64,000 bases of DNA from Rebecca billardiae RCC1528 (Eukaryota; Protista; Haptophyta): the NCBI GenBank assembly GCA_965240325.2, contig OZ251223.1, forward strand, positions 806,001 to 870,000, given 5' to 3'. Shown here in pieces: positions 59,485 to 64,000 of this stretch. The translations under genes and the position numbers were made by a program. The notes below the pieces were generated by a model, which made no database searches, had not been told where the DNA came from, and saw only the letters and a list, made by a program, of their open reading frames with translations. Numbering within the stretch: the stretch's first letter is position 1; every line of letters begins with the position of its first letter.

Positions 59485-61378
59485 TCACTCGGTGTCGTTC
59501 ACAGACACAGTCACAGTCAGCTCAAGCTGCCAGCAGTCGTCGAGGAGGCGATCTGCCGCCATCCCGCCAAAGATGAGGACACCGGCCACGCCGTCGCGCG
59601 CCATGCCGGGGGGCAGCAGTGCCATGCAGTGCCCGTGCCGCGCAGCCGGGCGCGGACCCGCGTCGGACGCGCCAATGTCGAGCGCTGAGAGTGCAGCCCT
59701 GTGCTTGGTCGCGCCGCCCTCCTCCTGCGCGGACAGCTCGAGCATCGCCACACGGTCAAGGGGAGCATCCGCTTCTCCGGTGCCGCCAAAAAGGAGCACG
59801 CGTCCGTCCGCGAACGCCTCAGCCGTGTGCCAGCACGCGGGCAGCAGGGAGCCGGGCGCGGGCGCGACCTCGACCGCCGACCATTGGCGCTTGGGCACGT
59901 GGAAGATCACGCAGTCGTCCAGGCGCACCTTGCCATCGAACCCGCCGCACACCAGCAGCGCCTCCTCCGTTGCCTCGCCCGAGACCAGCGGCACCGCGCA
60001 CGCAGAGTGGAACGCGCGCGCTCGCGGCGGCTTGCCTGTACATTCGCGCGGGTGCGCGCGCGCACCGCCCTCGAGCACGCGCGTGAGTACGGTGGCGCAC
60101 GGTGCAGGCGTGCACGCACTCGCACCAGCCCATGCGGGTCAGGAGGACGCGCTGGGCAGGACGGGCGCGTGCGTACCCGTGATCTCGACCGGCACCCACT
60201 CCGTGCTGCTCAGCTCGAGCGCAGACAGGTCGGCGCTGAGAGCGCCCGACGAGAGCGCCCCGCCAAAGAGCCACATGAAGCCCCCCGCGACCGTGGCGGT
60301 GTGCCCGCTACGAGGAGCCACCATCTTGGACTCATCTGCCGCGCGTGAGTCGCAGGAGTCGCGCAGCGGACGAGTGCATGAGCGCTCGGCCACGTGCGCG
60401 CCCCATGCGCGCGTGCGCGCGTGCGCGCGCGCGCGCACCCGTCGGAAGCCATTGGCGCCACGAGAGCACCCCGGGCAGCTCCTCGAGCGTCTCGTTGAGC
60501 CGCCAAGAGTGGATGTGGTAGCCCGTGGCGGGCTGTGGAACCACCTGCTCGCTCTCGCCGTCGGCGGCGCCCTTGACTGCGCCGCCCTTCTTCTTGTCTG
60601 CCGCCTTGGCGCCTCCCTTGGCGTCTGCGGCAGCCTCCGCCGCCGCACTGCGCACGCCGGCAGCCTGGAGCTGATCGCGGAAAGCGTAGAGCGCTGCTTG
60701 GGGCAGCGCGTCTCCATCGACGCCGTACGTGCTCAGGCCGACCGCGTACATCGGCTCGATCTCCACGACGACCGACACCCCGGTCTCCTCCTCCGCCTTG
60801 CCCTTGGCGGGAGCAGGATCACCGACGGCCGTCGGCTCGGCAATCCTGATCGCCTCGGCTGGCAGCTTGAGCGTGGCCTGCAGATTTGTGCGCAGGGTGT
60901 CGGCGTCGAAGACCGCAATCGGCGGTGGCTCATCGTCCTTCGACTTCCCTTTGGATGCCTTGAGCCGTCGCTCCGCCTCTGCCTCGGCGTCCTCGGCCGT
61001 GAGCACTGCATCGAGCAAGAGCACCACGTTGTAGTGCGTGCTCGAGCCCGAGGTGCGCAGCTCCCATAGGTCGGCGAGCTTCTGGCCCGCTTCGTTGTGC
61101 CCGCCGTACACGAGGACATTGCCCTCGCGCTCGCAGCACGTGTGTCCCGCGCGCGCTGACGGAGCGATGCGATCAGATGGCAACCGGTGGTGTCGCCAGC
61201 CGTACTCGACGGTCCAGGTGGACACGTCATTGCTGAGCCGCGGGCGTTCGTAGAGCTCGTCGTACATGTATCCACCGAAGACAAAGAGGCTGTCACCAAC
61301 CACACAGCATCCGGAGCTCACGCGGCGCACACCCACCGAGCCCTCCGGCACGAACGACGCCTTCGGCACCTCCGCCAT
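59485..61378 (-). CDS. Kelch-repeat protein (introns 60438-60336, 60176-60036)
   Basis: Six GG-containing blades: LFVFGG, ARAGHT..LVYGG, RSGHTA..WLFGG, RAFHSA..LVCGG, WHTA..LLFGG, RHGHC..LIFGG; introns restore the frame. Confidence 0.88.
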
Positions 61379-61437
61379 GTTTGGGGGTGGTGCAGTAACG
61401 GCGACGTTTCGACTTTCGTACAGTACTATATATATAT

Positions 61438-62956
61438 GTGGCGTTATAACGGAGTTATAACCGAGTGTGTCGGGAGGCTGGAAAGGCAACGCGCAGCTGG
61501 TGGACAAGGGCCGCCATCGTCTTCTAGGTCCTGCAGGTAGTTGCAGTCGATTTCCGGGGCTCATCGGCCACGGAGCTATCCTTTATCATCATCATGGCGG
61601 GCGCTGGTCCTTTCATATCGGCCAACCACACTGGCTCCTCTGTAAGTACCCGCTCCTCTCCACTATCCGGCGCTCGAGATCATATACAAGGTCATCTTAA
61701 GTCGGCGTGGCAACTTACCAAAGTTCATATCAAGCAGCCCACCTAGCAGAGCTCGCTCGATCATCGGTTACACGACCTTTCGGGCCGAGCTGCTCATCTC
61801 TCGGCAGCCCCTGCTTCGGCCTGCGCATCTGCAAAGCCCGAGGTCCCGCCATCTCCTCTGCGTTCTTTGCTTGTGCTCGTTGTCCTGCTCACAAACGGGA
61901 CCTTGCTGCCACACGCTGGCGCAGTCTGCGCGCAGCTTTGGCACCGTCGGCTCAGTCGCTCTTCCCGTTCAGCCAGGGACAAATCCCCACCACGCGCAAG
62001 TATATATTTATACATCACCATTTCGGCATGGTGTGTATCGGCATTTGCTGCATGCTCGCATATATGCTGCAATACCTGCCCTCGCATGCACATCACGCAG
62101 ACTGTGGGTGATGTTCGTCCATACTCAATGGCGTCGCGTCGCTCTTCATGCAGGAGGACACGTGGCGTTATAACGGAGTTATAACCGAGTGTGTCGGGAG
62201 GCTGGAAAGGCAACGCGCAGCTGGTGGACAAGGGCCGCCATCGTCTTCTAGGTCCTGCAGGTAGTTGCAGTCGATTTCCGGAGCTCATCGGCCACGGAGC
62301 TATCCTTTATCATCATCATGGCGGGCGCTGGTCCTTTCATATCGGCCAACCACACTGGCTCCTCTGTAAGTACCCGCTCCTCTCCACTATCCGGCGCTCG
62401 AGATCATATACAAGGTCATCTTAAGTCGGCGTGGCAACTTACCAAAGTTCATATCAAGCAGCCCACCTAGCAGAGCTCGCTCGATCATCGGTTACACGAC
62501 CTTTCGGGCCGAGCTGCTCATCTCTCGGCAGCCCCTGCTTCGGCCTGCGCATCTGCAAAGCCCGAGGTCCCGCCATCTCCTCTGCGTTCTTTGCTTGTGC
62601 TCGTTGCGAAACCCGCCATCCGCCCCTGCAGCCTCCGTTGTGGTTGACAACCTTGTCGTCAGGCCTGTGAGTGCTGCGCTTGCCTGAGCCAGGGACCTTG
62701 CTGCCACACGCTGGCGCAGTCTGCGCGCAGCTTTGGCACCGTCGGCTCAGTCGCTCTTCCCGTTCAGCCAGGGACAAATCCCCACCACGCGCAAGTATAT
62801 ATTTATACATCACCATTTCGGCATGGTGTGTATCGGCATTTGCTGCATGCTCGCATATATGCTGCAATACCTGCCCTCGCATGCACATCACGCAGACTGT
62901 GGGTGATGTTCGTCCATACTCAATGGCGTCGCGTCGCTCTTCATGCAGGAGGACAC
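61438..62956 (+). mobile_element. Minimal split-direct-repeat element, copy 2 (related subfamily), inserted in (TA)n
   Basis: A1 61438-61882, 14-bp linker 61883-61896, B1 61897-62161, A2 62162-62606, spacer 62607-62691, B2 62692-62956. Same termini, linker and spacer as copy 1. Confidence 0.9.
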
Positions 62957-62970
62957 ATATATATATATAT

Positions 62971-64000
<1,030 letters not shown>

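Noticed and set aside
62155-62175. Similarity of the SDR junction (cacgtggcgttata) to the LINE tail plus target (cacgtcgttata)
   Set aside because: Too short to distinguish from chance without family-wide alignments

Overview
GC-rich eukaryotic genomic DNA with short spliceosomal introns (GTGCGC/GTGAG donors, GCGCAG acceptors). The intron style plus a fibrillin with a signal peptide suggest an alga with a complex plastid, such as a haptophyte; this is inference. About 14 protein-coding genes can be reconstructed by splicing: a PWWP protein (partial), an MHYT-glutaminase fusion, a CCDC191/Sfi1-repeat-like protein, two unknown proteins, TRAPPC10/Trs130, PAP-fibrillin, a DUF1769-PH-DUF547 protein, a GT34-like glycosyltransferase, a Ca3427/NMT1-like binding protein, a SNF1/AMPK-family kinase, a SPIRAL1/Jupiter-like PGG-repeat protein, a UIM-containing ORF, 14-3-3 and a Kelch protein. 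The standout is a 5-exon, 790-aa gene that fuses a membrane MHYT sensor (three MHxxGM motifs) to a glutaminase with intact catalytic motifs, a candidate ligand-regulated membrane glutaminase. The window also holds a set of mobile elements that sit in (TA)n microsatellites: two non-autonomous split-direct-repeat elements (A1-B1-A2-spacer-B2, TOC1/PAT/Ngaro-like), a truncated RLE non-LTR retrotransposon, and a different family sharing that LINE's 3' tail. There is also a TTAA-flanked TIR element and a foldback element filling a bidirectional promoter. Most long ORFs in the six-frame track are artefacts of high GC or tandem repeats.
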